DNA of 38,791 bases. Source: Halocafeteria seosinensis (lineage: Eukaryota). The notes beneath the pieces are model-generated. The model saw only the letters and a list, made by a program, of their open reading frames with translations. It was not told the DNA's origin and ran no database searches. This document shows positions 20,364-32,403 of the stretch, piece by piece (position 1 is the stretch's first letter; each line of letters starts with the position of its first letter). The translations under genes and the position numbers were made by a program. The stretch is from the NCBI GenBank assembly GCA_001687465.1, contig LVLI01000285.1:1-38791 (forward strand), read 5' to 3'.

Positions 20364-21939
20364 TCAATAGTCATCTTCGTCATCATCGGCAAAAGAGTTA
20401 AACTGTTGGGAGTCTAACATGGACAATTTCTCCCGCTCCCTGTCATTGTAGGCCGCCTTAAAATAGAGTGGACGGTGTCCTTTGTCATTTAAATCTAGTC
20501 GGTATATTTGCTCGTCTTTCCATCCAAATCGAACGTGGGAAAGCCTTTCCGACCATAAATAATGACCCCTCATTGTTCCTGCAGACTGGATCGCGTCTGC
20601 TGTTTCCAGAGCCCATAAGATTACATCCCGTCCGGCATCAAAATCAGTTTCTCCTCGACACTGGTTGGTGGCGATAACGCATTGAATCACGTATGATGCA
20701 GCGCTTTGCCTTAAATGGGGCACTTACCTTCTGCAGAAATATATCGAGATCTTGCAAAAACACAGGCATTCTGTTCCCGACTTTTGGAAGTCCATTTATT
20801 TCAGTCCCGTCGCTGAATAACAGCCTGTTCTCGCAAGATTCAGGCTCTAGCCAGTTTATCAAGATTCCCAAAAGTGGTACATACCTGTATGTTGTTCTTG
20901 GTTTCAAACCTGGAGCTCTCCACTCTGTCCATAGCACGTTGGTCCCCCTTCCTGTTTGCAATGTCGCTGCGCCGATGACAGGTGGAACAGTCGTAGTGGC
21001 TATGCGCACTGGAGCTAGTCCCGAGTAACATACCTGTCATCTTTTCGGCATTTTCAATATCGTCGTCCGGGCGTAGTACTGCGTCATGTTCATACTGGTA
21101 CACTACCCCTTTCAGCCTGAGGTTTATGGTCTGAAGCAGGTCTTGCGCTCTGTAAATACTACATCAAAGGTTAGGGGGAGATGTTCTGGCACGCTTCTTC
21201 AGTCGTCTTACATGTGTAGTCTGCTAATACCTGTGAACGGGAGAGTCCCCCAAGACTTCGGTAGTACTCCTCCTGTATATCCTATCTCCAGTTGCCGCAG
21301 CCGTACTCCTTTGCTAAACTTATCAGCAATCGTGCTTTTGAGAAGCTGGTGTGCAGTAGAGAGGGTATCAATATGCTGAACATGCACTACTGATTGCATT
21401 TCATCAGCAATCTTAAAAAGTGTACGTCCCTCTTGCACATTGAGGACGAAAGGGTTTTCGATACATAGGTGCTTCCCTGCTTCCAGTGTCTGGTGGTTGT
21501 CGTACCCGGTAGTGCTTAAAGTGTACATCGGTTAGGAAGAAGTTTTGAAGAGCCATATGCTTACCTTCCTTGCAAGTTTAAAGTGTTTATCATTCTCCAC
21601 GCAGACAATGACAGCTTCAGCACCGTCTGGTGCTAGGGCCTCGTTGATGGTGACGCATTTAATCTTCCCGGCAGCTACTGTGGACCCGGAACTAAGTTGA
21701 CGGGCCCTCCTTGAGACAACACCAAAGAGATTAGCCGCTTCGGGGGCACCCTTTACTGCTTTCATTCTAGCGTACCTGACGGAAAAGGAAGCCAATGTTG
21801 GTAGCCCATTCGGAGTGAGCATCCTATTGAACGGAAGATAGACATACCCCATCTTTCCAAAGCCAACGATGGCTACATTTAACGGAGATCGTAGGACAGC
21901 AGTGTCCTCAAACTCTATTCCAGAAGCTCCTGATGCCAT
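20364..21939 (-). CDS. BLVRA: Biliverdin reductase A-like oxidoreductase (Gfo/Idh/MocA fold; spliced)
   Basis: Spliced product VAIVGFGKMG-YARMK, LFGVVSRR, VCVENDKH, LEAGKHLCIENP, VVHVQHIDTL, FTGISRL, KMT-ATLQTGRGTNVLWTEWRAPGLK, VFLQDLDIFLQK, ILWALETADAIQ. This follows mammalian BVR-A as I recall it (GFVSRR, AGKHVLVEYP, FSGISRL, KMTVCLET...WIEEKGPGLK, IFLKDQNIFVQK, ILHCLGLAEEIQ). The C-terminus may extend past the UGA (see findings). Confidence 0.8.
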
Positions 21940-22393
21940 GTCTCACGCTGCGTGTCTAGTGTGTCCTGACCTCTATCTTATCTTCCGTTATGTGCAAGCT
22001 AAACGAACGCAATTGTACCTCGTTTTCGCAGTTAGGAAGCACGAGCCAATAAAGTGTGAGCGGTGAGTATACAATCGCACAGCTACACTTAAGTGCATAA
22101 CGAATACTATCAACTGTGTTTTTCTCTTGTCTAACCCCGCGCGTGCTGCCACAGTGGGTAGGTAGGAAACAACTAGCCGAGGGCTGCTATGAACGTACTT
22201 CAACCGTGAAGGTCCGTTGTCTAAACTTTAAATGCTGCGTTTTGACGGTGTTGATGGTGTTTAAGTTCCCACTATTGGGTCATACAATCACATTATATAT
22301 GCTCACTTCGCCTTCTGATTGCTCAGGTTAGTTTTGATCTCGCATGCAAATAAGTGGACTGTATATCTTTCGCGAGAAACAGCGTGGATAGTC

Positions 22394-23222
22394 ATGGTAA
22401 GTCTTCTTCCATTGGATTCCGTATGACTGATTTGATATTTTACTCTCTTTTTCCTCTCTTGCGCAGCCCGGGTGCTATCATAGCCGATTCAATGAGGCAG
22501 AGGCAGCATCATACCGCGAAGTAGCTGGCTGCGCCATCTTGCCAGCTCGTGGTGCCCCTAGAGGACCAGCTCCAGCATCTCAAGCACCCTCCGAAGGTAT
22601 GTTGTGTTTTCAAGAAAATACAAGAAAAGGGCACGTTATCTACTGTATAATGTGGCCAATAAAAATTTGCAGAAGAATTGGACATCGTAGATGAGGCTAT
22701 CGACTATTTCAGGGCGAACGTGCTTTTCAACAAGTTCGAGATAGAAGCGGCGGCCGATCGGACTCTGGTCTATTTGATGATGTTTGTCCAGTTGGTATGT
22801 TGCACGTCGTTCGTCTCGAAGCAACGGTTTCAAAGATGGATGATGCATTCCTTTTTATGTGTGCAGTGTTTAAAGACAGTGCAAGGAGCAAAGACTAAAT
22901 CGGAGGCTAGCAGGCAGTTAGAGGCTCTAGCGCAGAAGCAACAGTTCCCCATTCCGGGAGATCCAGGCTGGCCGCTGGGACGGATGTTTGCCACACCAGA
23001 AGGGTCCGAGAAAGGTAAGGCATGGTCTTTGGTCGAGTCTTATTCTGTGCCACCGTGTTGAATGATGCTGGCGCAGAGACCATACGGTCATACTTTAAGC
23101 AAATGAGGGAGGTGATAACAAAGCGTCTACCTGATCGACTTTTCTTTTCTGAAGAGGAACCTAATAAGTTTTGGATGGGTTTTGCGAAGAAGAAGTTCGT
23201 GGGGAAAGAGCTGAGTGCTTAG
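22394..23222 (+). CDS. ARPC3: Arp2/3 complex subunit 3 (p21-Arc), 5 exons, first exon ATG only
   Basis: M-PGCYHSRFN...AILPARGAPRGPAP...DIVDEAIDYFRANVLFNKFEIEAAADRTLVYL...FPIPGDPGWPL...RSYFKQMRE...PNKFWMGFAKKKFVGKEL. Confidence 0.95.
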
Positions 23223-23561
23223 TCGAGGAGCACTTGTAATTCTTCGGATTTGAAATGAAGGAAAAGTTATTCGTCCTAATTTATAGGCGCCTAAAGAACA
23301 TAACTAATGCGCTTGCTAAATTTTTCAGTTCGATCCAGCATTGAATACACGGAAATAGACTCCTTGAAGTTGCAACCATAGTTGGCTTCAGTTAGCTGTT
23401 AGGCATTTTTGGTACGGGGAGATACTTCGAGATTGTCATAGAAAGAATAAGAAGCGGCTGTTTGGTTTTGTTATTCTATACTTTGGTTTCCTCTCCATTG
23501 GAGATTCCATTGCTCTCGTCCACTATCCTCTTCAGTGCACCACCAAGTCCCACCCAACACA

Positions 23562-25484
23562 ATGAAGGAGGTCGTTTTGGCGTCGTCTCTATATGAGGGA
23601 ACGACTTTCGCCTGGGATATTGAGACAGGCACTCATTTGTTTACCTTCCAGAATAATGCATGCATGCCGCGAAGTAAGTGAGGAATTGATCCGAGGAGCT
23701 GTGACACCCGTGATATAGAGGTGCTGAGACACTAGAGTCCAGACATACCTGCTGGCCTACTTGGTTGGCGTTATAGAAACGGCACGGCATTTTTGATGAC
23801 ATTAAGTGCAATTGCAGCTTTAAGAGTGGTGAATTCCGTACGGGACAATCGTGGGACGAGGGAGCCTGAATATGTGATGGCAGCGCAGACGGATAAGTCT
23901 TGCATTAACATATGGGCTTTAGGGAAGGTAGGGCTTGTATTGCGCCCCCAGAGGTGTGACATTTTTTCTTTATGTAAACCTATGCATCTCTTCTGCAGGA
24001 TCGACCAATATACCGGTGCAACCTAGCTGAACCCATGATTAGCTTGGTGACTTCACACGATGGCACACTCGCAGTTGGGGGCGGATCATCAGGTAGCTGC
24101 TACGCATGGGATGTGTCGACGGGAGAGCTGATCCGAGTGTGGGACGCGCATTATAAGGCGGTTTCGGCGCTTTGCTTTAGTGACTGTGGATCATTTCTTG
24201 TAAGCGGCGGTGAAGACTCGATAATCCACATCTGGAAAGTATACGAGTAAGTACCCGTAAGGCTGCTGAGGGGGCGTGGGGGGCAGATGTATTATTGTTT
24301 TGCTGCAGAATCATTGACTTGAAAAAGTGTGCAAACGCTGAAGAGCATGTAAACCCCAAACACACCGTTAACTCCCATTCTCTAGCCATCTCACAGTTGT
24401 GCATCATTGGTGGAACGGGACAAGTTACGTGTCCCCTGCTGTCCGTCTCTCTCGATGGTTTCGCCAAAATCCATGACATTCCAAGCGGGAAATGTTTGTA
24501 TCAGATCAATACTACCATTGGCTTGTACAGTGCTTGCGTGGACCCTTTAGTACAGAAGATCTACCTTGGTGCCGTTGATGGTAGCATTTTTGAAGTGGCG
24601 TTGCACCAGGCGGCTCTACAACAGTCTACAGAGCTACAAATGGCTTCAAAATTTGGTGGGATTTATGATAAATTGTTAGACTCGAATGCTCTGGATAGTT
24701 CTCCGCAGACAGAGAGAGGAGCAGAAGCTCGCCTGGACGCTGATCACGAACGCTCTAGTATGGCCGTTTTCCTGGGTCTTGACAGTTCGATCACAGATCT
24801 TGCAATATCTTCGTGTGGCTCCTACCTATTGTCAGCCTCCGAAAACGGATTATGCTGTGTATGGGACACGGTGTCACGACAAAGACTCACTACGTTCCAG
24901 AATCCTAGAGCATCATCAAGTGCGACCGCAAAAAAGAATGATGATGGCAGTGCAGTCGATAGCATCCAGCGAATGGCTATGACTTCTTTGTTAGTACTGC
25001 CGAAGGAGTTTATCGTACGCTCTCCGAAGAGGGACGGCGAACGGGCGCTACTGCAACCCCTGAGAAAATTTGCGACACCAGCGCCTCTGGCGAGCGCACG
25101 GTACTCTGGAGAACCTAACGAAGGTGGAACGCTTGATGAGGTTGTAAGTCGATTGACCACAGACGCTTTGTGTTTTGGTATGTCTGCCATGGATAGTTTT
25201 GTGTATGTTTTGTGCTACAGCGCATACGCATCCCTGCCGAATATCCGAGTATGGCTGCAGAGAATGATGATACGCTAATGGAAAGGTTTCATGAGGACAT
25301 GCTTGTCCATCTCCAGGAGACAACGGGAAATGCGGAGGAACAAGTTGAGGAGAAGGGCGGTGGTACTGTCCAGAAGGATAAAGAGATTCATTCACTGAAA
25401 GAGCAAGTTAATGCCCTAAAGGAAGAAAATCAGCGGTGGAGAACTGTGAATGAAAAACTCAAAGCACTACATGAACAGCGGTAA
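23562..25484 (+). CDS. WDR18: WD40-repeat pre-rRNA processing protein IPI3/WDR18 (spliced)
   Basis: MKEVVLASS...AWDIETGTHLFTF, EYVMAAQ...INIWA, GGGSSGSCYAWDVSTGELIRVWDAHYKAVSALCFSDCGSFLVSGGEDS, HSLAISQL, LLSVSLDG, and a C-terminal coiled coil LKEENQRWRTVNEKL. Confidence 0.88.
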
Positions 25485-25610
25485 TCATTCTCGATTTGTA
25501 GCCTACTGCAATGCGATATAATATACCGATGTAATGTCTACTGGTTGGTAGTGAAGTCCTCTAGGATCGCTTGTACTGGCCCATTAAAGGGGCAACGAAC
25601 ACTTCTGCAA

Positions 25611-25985
25611 TCATGCCGCTTGGTCCTTCTGAGCCATGGTTTCCTTCCTTGTTGCATCTTGTAGAGCCTCTGTATCCACCACATCCTTCGGTATTTGCAC
25701 ATATCTGACCACTGATCCCCGTATGAATAAGTTCTTAACTGCCTTAAGCTGTGGATGTTTCTCACTGTCGACAACCTTGATGTTGGAGAGCTTAAAATTC
25801 AAGTACTGGTCCACCGAGTCTAATGTCCCCTCTACTTGCAGGTCATTTTTCAGTTCCACGACTACTGCTTTCCCTACAAGGGTCTTGAAAAAAGAATGGA
25901 AGATCTGTATGCACTAACACAATATAATTAGCAGGATGGCAAATCCAGTTCAGCGCTGCCTTCATAGCGTAAGAGTACGCACCAT
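25611..25985 (-). CDS. LSM2: U6 snRNA-associated Sm-like protein LSm2 (intron 25905-25982 directly after ATG)
   Basis: M-IFHSFFKTLVGKAVVVELKNDLQVEGTLDSVDQYLNFKLSNIKVVD...FIRGSVVRYVQIP...LQDATRKE. Confidence 0.96.
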
Positions 25986-26262
25986 TGTCTTCCCACTGCG
26001 TTAGGGGGTGCTTTCTTATATGTATGTACACTCTTCCTCGACTATTTTCTGTGGACCAATGTACATACAACAAAACCGGCACTTGTCAACAGTGTTATTG
26101 TATCACTTGGGATAGACTGTCAACAATTATTTCACTTCCAAAAACAAATCAAATCAACACCTTGCAGTTCACTAGGTGGTGGGTGATGTTTGTTCGCATA
26201 TAAACAAAATGATGTATGTTGTTCTTTTATAAAAGATGTGACTTGGTTAGCAGCGGAGGACA

Positions 26263-28253
26263 ATGAGATTCACTAGGAACGTGGCCAAGGAATTCCAGCG
26301 ATCCTTGCACACACTAGGCGTGACGAGGGAAGTAGTTCACTTGAGGAGTATTTCGAGATCAGCAGCGGATTTGCGCGGTTGGATGCGATGGAGGAGCTCT
26401 CGTGCTGATCACTGCACGCGAAGCTTTTCTTCCGATGAATGCGTCAACCAGGGAGTGCTTGGGAATTTCACTATTGTGAACTTACCATCTGCCATTGACG
26501 GCACCAAGGTCACAATACAGGGTTGGGTTCGCTCTGTACGCATTCAGAAGAAAGTCGCCTTCATGACAGTAAACGATGGAAGTTGCCACAAAAATTTACA
26601 GGTCGTAGCAGAGCCAGCTATGCTCAGAAGCGTCAGTGTGGGATGCAGTGTGAAGGTGACTGGGGTACTGAAGGACATCAATGCTGCAAAAGGATATATA
26701 ATAAGTAAGGAAATTCATCTGGATGGTGTTGATCTAGTAGGAAGTAGTGATGCATCCATCTATCCGTTGCAAAAGAAGGTAAGAAGCGGAAGAGCATCGT
26801 GCCTCATCCGGGTCATTTACAGGGCTCAATGATTTTCGCAGGCCCATTCATTGGAATTCTTGCGAGACATTATGCATCTTCGTGCGAGATCGAACACCAT
26901 TGCGTCCATGATGAGAATTAGAAACTGCTTGAGTAACTCGATCCACCAGTTCTTTCAACAGAATGAGTTCATTCATGTTCATACTCCAATAATTACGAGC
27001 AATGATTGTGAAGGGGCGGGAGAGTTATTCCGCGTGACGACAGAAGATACCTTAAATGATAAGAGCCCAATGCACGAGTTTTTTGGAACACCGGCGCATT
27101 TGACAGTTTCGGGACAGCTTCATGCTGAAATGTTTGCGCTATCATTATCCAGGGTATACACGTTTGGTCCAACTTTTAGGGCAGAGGTATGTCGCCGTTG
27201 TTATGTTGTAGCTACGGGTGACAGTTGGCGCGATAGTGCATACTTGGCAGAATTCGAACACTAGTAGACACTTGGCGGAATTTTGGATGGTCGAGCCGGA
27301 AGTTGCTTTTGCATCTCTTCAGGACATCGTGAGTGACGAGGAGCTGTGGTAGATATTGTGTTCGGTTGTTAGGCATCTTCTGTCCGTTGCAGATGCGCAA
27401 TGCGGAGGCTTGTTTAAAGTTTTCACTGCAATCGGTATTAGAGCAGTGCGCTCAAGATTTAGAGTTTTTCTCAGAGCGATATGACTCTTCTCTAATAGAA
27501 AGACTACAGCTCACCACAGACTCTTCCTTTGCTCAACTGACGTACACTGAAGTGATAAACATACTTCAAAACAAAGCCAATGCAGGAGAGGTTTCATTCG
27601 AAACTATGGTAAGTTTCAAACTCGCTCTCCTTTAGATTTATGAGTGCGTTACGTTTCTCTGCCATGTGGCAGCCACGGTGGGGGGAAGGACTGGCAACAG
27701 AGCATGAGAAGTACATAGCAGAGCACTACACACTTAAACCTGCTTTTATAACAGACTATCCTGCTAAGTGCAAACCATTTTATATGCTTCGAAATGATGT
27801 TGAAAAGGAAGGAGGTAAGGCGTCATCGCCGGAGCATGTTTGCGAATACGTCTTGTCTAACGTATACTTACATCTGTTAACATTGCCTCCTCAGACATAC
27901 CATGGTTAGAGCACGATACAGACACAAGTTGTGCCCATACTGTCTCATGCATGGACTTGGTTGTTCCACGGTTAGCCGAACTTATTGGTGGGAGTGCTCG
28001 CGAGCATCGCTTTCAAGTTCTTGAACACGTAATGAAACATCATGGTCTAGTCGCCCCTGATTACGACGGTCATTCTACGCCATCGGATTCAATGAAAGGT
28101 TTAGAATGGTACTTGGACTTGCGTCGTTTTGGAACGGTGCCTCACGCGGGATGGGGATTGGGATTCGAACGTTTGGTTCAGTTTGCAACAGGGCTAGAAA
28201 ATATTCGTGACGTCATACCAGTTCCACGCGTGCCAGGGTCCTGCAAGCTTTAG
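26263..28253 (+). CDS. NARS2: Asparagine--tRNA ligase, mitochondrial (spliced)
   Basis: Arg-rich presequence, GWVRSVR...VNDGSC (OB fold), [58 protein letters not shown] (motif 2), [23 protein letters not shown] (motif 3). Confidence 0.95.
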
Positions 28254-28314
28254 CTCTATTTCCACCCAATGCCACACCACACCCTTTGCAGGCTGAATTC
28301 CTCTGTGCATCTGG

Positions 28315-28888
28315 CTAGGTAGACTTTACTCTGCTATCCGATTCCTTCTTATTTCCACTGCTTAGCTCGAATGCACTCTTAACAGTGAAGTAATTTATCA
28401 CGCCGGTTGCGGCTGTGCTCACGCCAAAAGCCCAAGATCCCGTAAGTCCTACCCACTGTTCTAAAATGAAAGTGAAAGCCGTAGACAGCGCTATACTCGC
28501 CGCATAGGCGGCGTACATTGACAGCAAGCTGCTAAGATAGTTTTTTGCAAATCCGAACACGAGCCATTGGTGCAAGAGATGCTGCCACACGATCGATAGA
28601 ATATACGATAGATTCCATGAAATGGTCGTCTTATATTCCTGTCGTGTCGGAATGGCGTCAATTTGTAACCTGAAAGCAAAGTAACTCGCCGTGCAAAAAG
28701 CTACATACCTCTCCGAACGGCAGAGTCAGCAGCATAACATGAAAGCAAGCGTAAAAGAGGCATGTCCCAATGACACCCGACACCTGCAAATAAACAAGCA
28801 ACGAATGAACCAACGGTCCCTTTCAATGGCCCCTTGTTTGGCTTACATTGAACAGGAGCACCTGTTTGCCTTCGTCAGCGTATCCCAT
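28315..28888 (-). CDS. GtrA-family small multi-pass membrane protein (3 exons)
   Basis: Spliced product MGYADEGKQVLLFN-VSGVIGTCLFYACFHVMLLTLPFGE-EYKTTISWNLSYILSIVWQHLLHQWLVFG...YLSSLLSMYAAYAASIALST...ATGVINYFTVK has about four hydrophobic helices. The F-x-x-S-G-x-x-G-T start, L-H-x-W-L-V-F and N-Y-F end fit GtrA. Confidence 0.7.
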
Positions 28889-29435
28889 GTTGTTGTTCAG
28901 CAAGCGTAAGTGAAATGAAATCAAACACGTGAACGAGCCAGCATCCAACCGCTCCAACTGACAAACTTTCAACCAGAGGGTACGCTGGTCGCCATATACG
29001 GTATGATACACCTACACGTTTATGGAAAGCCAGAACTTCAACAGACGCAGCTAAGCGCGGTCGATGCGACTGGGTTCCTTACGGTCGCAGATAAACTCGA
29101 CAGACTGCTGCCGTTAGTGAAGACTCTATCTTACCATGGTAGACCATTGGTAGTCCATGATGGCATCTTTAACTGAAATAAATTTCCGTCATGGATAGAA
29201 TTGTTCGTATGTACGTCTTAGAATTGATTTTTGCTAAGCGTTCTTGCTGTATGCGACAGTAAAGTCCTTCTGAGTGGGTCTCTGCGCCGCTTCTTTGCTT
29301 GCGAGCGGCTGCTTGCTATCCAAATTAGTTCTTTGGTGCATAGTCCACGCTTTTTAGGGTCTCCGAGAAAAGACCGCAGTTTCATCCTCCGTAATAGGAA
29401 GCGTTATTGACATGATTTAACGAAACCAAGGGATC

Positions 29436-31796
29436 ATGTCGAACCTGAGACGATCCCCTTCTGTTGGTTCAAGCCTTGTTGAGGGCACCGATGAGGAGGA
29501 AGCAGAGACAGTTGCAACAACCTCGCCAGATGATATACCTACCCTATATGAAGAACAAATCACAACTGAGAACTCCCCCGGAAGCTATGCAGAAACCACA
29601 GCTTCCCATACGGAGAAGTCTCAAGCGAGAACCGACTACACTTCCGATACGTTTACGCCTAGAGCACACAGTCAATCGCATTCCTCGTTACGAGCACGCT
29701 CTGGAGCCTGGGCAAACAGTCAAACAGCACACAGTCAGTCGCATTCCTCGATACGAACACGCTCTAGACAGCAGGTTGTCCCCGCAGAAGCTGTACGGTA
29801 AAACACCTTCGGCCATGGTACTCTTTCAACACGGGCACTTCTTGCATTTGTCTTTTTTGCAACGCAGGGAAGTGCTCATCTGGAAGACCTACAATCGTGG
29901 CCGACGAAACTGCCTCCTCCAGTGGTTAGCGACAGGTTGGGCACATCTTTGACGGTAAAGACACACAACATCCCAGACGCACAATACACGTTTGAATGGG
30001 TTAAGATGAAGCTGCTGAAGACCCCTTGGAAGGACGCAGATAGCTCAGGAATTCAAGATGAAGCAGGTATGGGATACACCGCCTCGACCCTCAATACTTT
30101 CCCTCCTCAGTGTATCCGTTCCTGCAGAATATACTATAACTGATCTACAATATAGCACGAAATATTCCGTCCGTGTCAAGGTATCCCACAAAGAGGGTGA
30201 GAAGAAAACATTGGTTAGCCCGCCACTCACCGTTACTACCCTGAACCAAATAAAAGAAGACAATTTACTCCGTGTGCGATACGAGAAAGAAAATAGTCGC
30301 CTGGAGGAAGAGCTTGACAGCGTTTATCAAGAATTAGAAGAGCTTCAAGATATAAATGAGGGACTAGGCCAAGAAAGAGAGGATCTTGAGAAAAAAGTTG
30401 CAGGTACTGGTGGCGAAGGTAGCGAAGCTCAGGAGGGCGCAGAAGGTGCCCAACAGACTAGCGGCGTGGTACAACAGTTGAGAGACATTAAAAATGAAAG
30501 AGACGAATATCTTAAGCAGTACAATTCAGTAAAAGAGCAAATGGGAGAGAAAGAAAAACAGGTACGCGAGAAGGACGAGCGAATCTCCCAGCTTTCGGCA
30601 GAAACGGACCGTCTTGTACGAGAAGCTTCAACGACGGAGCAAGAAATAAACAAACTCACCAAGGAAAACAGTGAACTAGACCAAAAGTGTAAACGACGTG
30701 AGTTCATAGCGCTATCATAGACACCAGTTTGGCAACATGGCCGTCACTTTTTACTTTTACTGCAGAGGACAGGGAAATTCAGCAACTATGCAAGAGCATG
30801 GAGGAGAAAGTCAAAGGGATCGAAGAGGAACGCGATAAAACGGCGAAGGCTTCTGTTGAAACAGAGGAAGAATTGCAGAAGGCCCGCAAAGAAATTGAGG
30901 AGAAAGATCACAGACTCCAGGAGGTTGAGGAGAAAAATTCTCAACTTGAAGAAAAGTGTCAACGGATTGATTACATTCTCAACGCGTTCGCCGCTAAAGA
31001 TGAGGACGAACTGAAGCAGATTCTGGATGCAAAACTACAAGAAGAGAAAAGCGTAGAATCTGCCGTTAGCCCTTGGCGAAATGATTACGAGCGGTTGCTG
31101 GAAAAATACAACTCCGCTTCTGAGGAGTTACAGCGACTGCGGAGTCTGACAGAAGAGAAGGATACAACACTCTCCAATTTGTCGTATGAAAGGGATAAAC
31201 TCCGTGAGAAATACACATGTCAAGAACAAGACCTCCGATACATGGAAGACAGGATCAGCGAGAAGGAGACGAAGCTGACCGAGATGCATGAAGAACAGAA
31301 AGACTTGGCAAAACGTTTGAGTGAACGATCTGAAGAATTCGAGGATTTACGTCAGCGATTCAAGGAGAAAGACGAAAAATATCGATGGCAGCAAGATGAA
31401 GTCGACCTTTTACGTAAGAGTTTGTCTGATAGAGATTCGAGGCTTTCAGAGGCATTATCTAAGCGAGACTATTACCACGACAAGATGAGTCACCTGGAGG
31501 AGAAAATAAGGCTTCTTGAAGGAAGTTTGGAGGAGAAAGACGAAAGACTGAAACAGGTTGTCCCAGAAAAGTCAAATATGCTTGGTCGCCAGGAAGAAGA
31601 AATCAAGCGACTGAATAAAGAATTAAAGAGGAAGAAAAAGGAGCTCAGACACGCTATGTACGACAGAGAAAATCTGGAAGAGAAAGTCGAGCGCCTGGAA
31701 CGTGATAGAAATCGTATGCATCGCAGTTACTCTCCCGGAAAGAAGGCCGACCGCTACCTGGTAGAGAATGGCTCAGCTCGATCCATTAGTGATTAG
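29436..31796 (+). CDS. Uncharacterised protein A: Ser/Thr-rich N-terminus, FN3-like domain, long coiled coil (introns 29793-29867, 30067-30127, 30698-30765)
   Basis: Spliced WPTKLPPPVVSDRLGTSLTV...YTFEW...W...-EYTITDLQYSTKYSVRVKV...SPPLTVTT is an FN3 pattern (Y-T-I-x-x-L-x-x-x-T-x-Y-x-V-R-V), followed by several hundred residues of E/K/L heptads. Confidence 0.8.
29663..29765 (+). repeat. Internal tandem duplication (~40-bp unit, 63-bp period) in protein A exon 1
   Basis: AGCACACAGTCAATCGCATTCCTCGTTACGAGCACGCTCT at 29663 and AGCACACAGTCAGTCGCATTCCTCGATACGAACACGCTCT at 29726, encoding AHSQSHSS(L/I)R(A/T)RS twice. Confidence 0.9.
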
Positions 31797-32403
31797 CCAT
31801 TCCGTCGGGTGTAGCCATGCTTAATTTGACTGTAAGAAACACACCATCACCAAATTTAATTAGACTTGCAATTGAAGGGATTGCGCGTTTTCGGTCGCGC
31901 ATCATTCATTGCCGCTTCCCACCGGCCCAAATCAACTACCATGGCATCACTTCACTTTAAGCATATCGTGTACTAACTGTAGCATTCTCAAACAGGACGC
32001 TGTTTCAGAAGCCGTCGCTTCCTGCTTGGCCAACCGAGTTGCAACTTGCGACCGTGCGACCTCCTGGACAGTCCGTTGAAGCCTTGCAGACAGCCAGCCA
32101 GTCGTGAGCGAGCGAAGCAGAACACAATACACGCAAAACAGAACTGTGTTTGAGTATACGATTCCGTTGTATTCGTGCACATACCCTTGCCGTGGAACGC
32201 GTAAACTCAAGGCCAGCCGCGACTGGAAGTCATTGAAGTCTTATATATGGTGTCTGGACTTGTTCACCCGTAAGGATAACGAAAGCACAATATTGCGTTC
32301 ACTTTTATCGGCACTCCGACCAATGTTGTCGGAGGTGATTGGGTCTCTAGTTCGGTGCAAACCACAGGTTGAATTGAATTGCCACGGCTGAGGCTAGAGG
32401 ACG

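Noticed and set aside
20364..20366. Genome-wide UGA=Trp reassignment or selenocysteine
   Set aside because: TGA ends POLA1, HIBADH and LSM2 at expected positions, and TGG is used for Trp throughout. The aligned residue is Trp, not Cys, and I recognised no SECIS.
23674..23817. Longer (144-bp) first intron of WDR18 as a C/D snoRNA host (GTGAGGA...CTGA)
   Set aside because: The C-box-like motif overlaps the splice donor, there is no terminal stem or recognisable guide, and an alternative 99-bp intron model (23678-23776) also keeps the frame.
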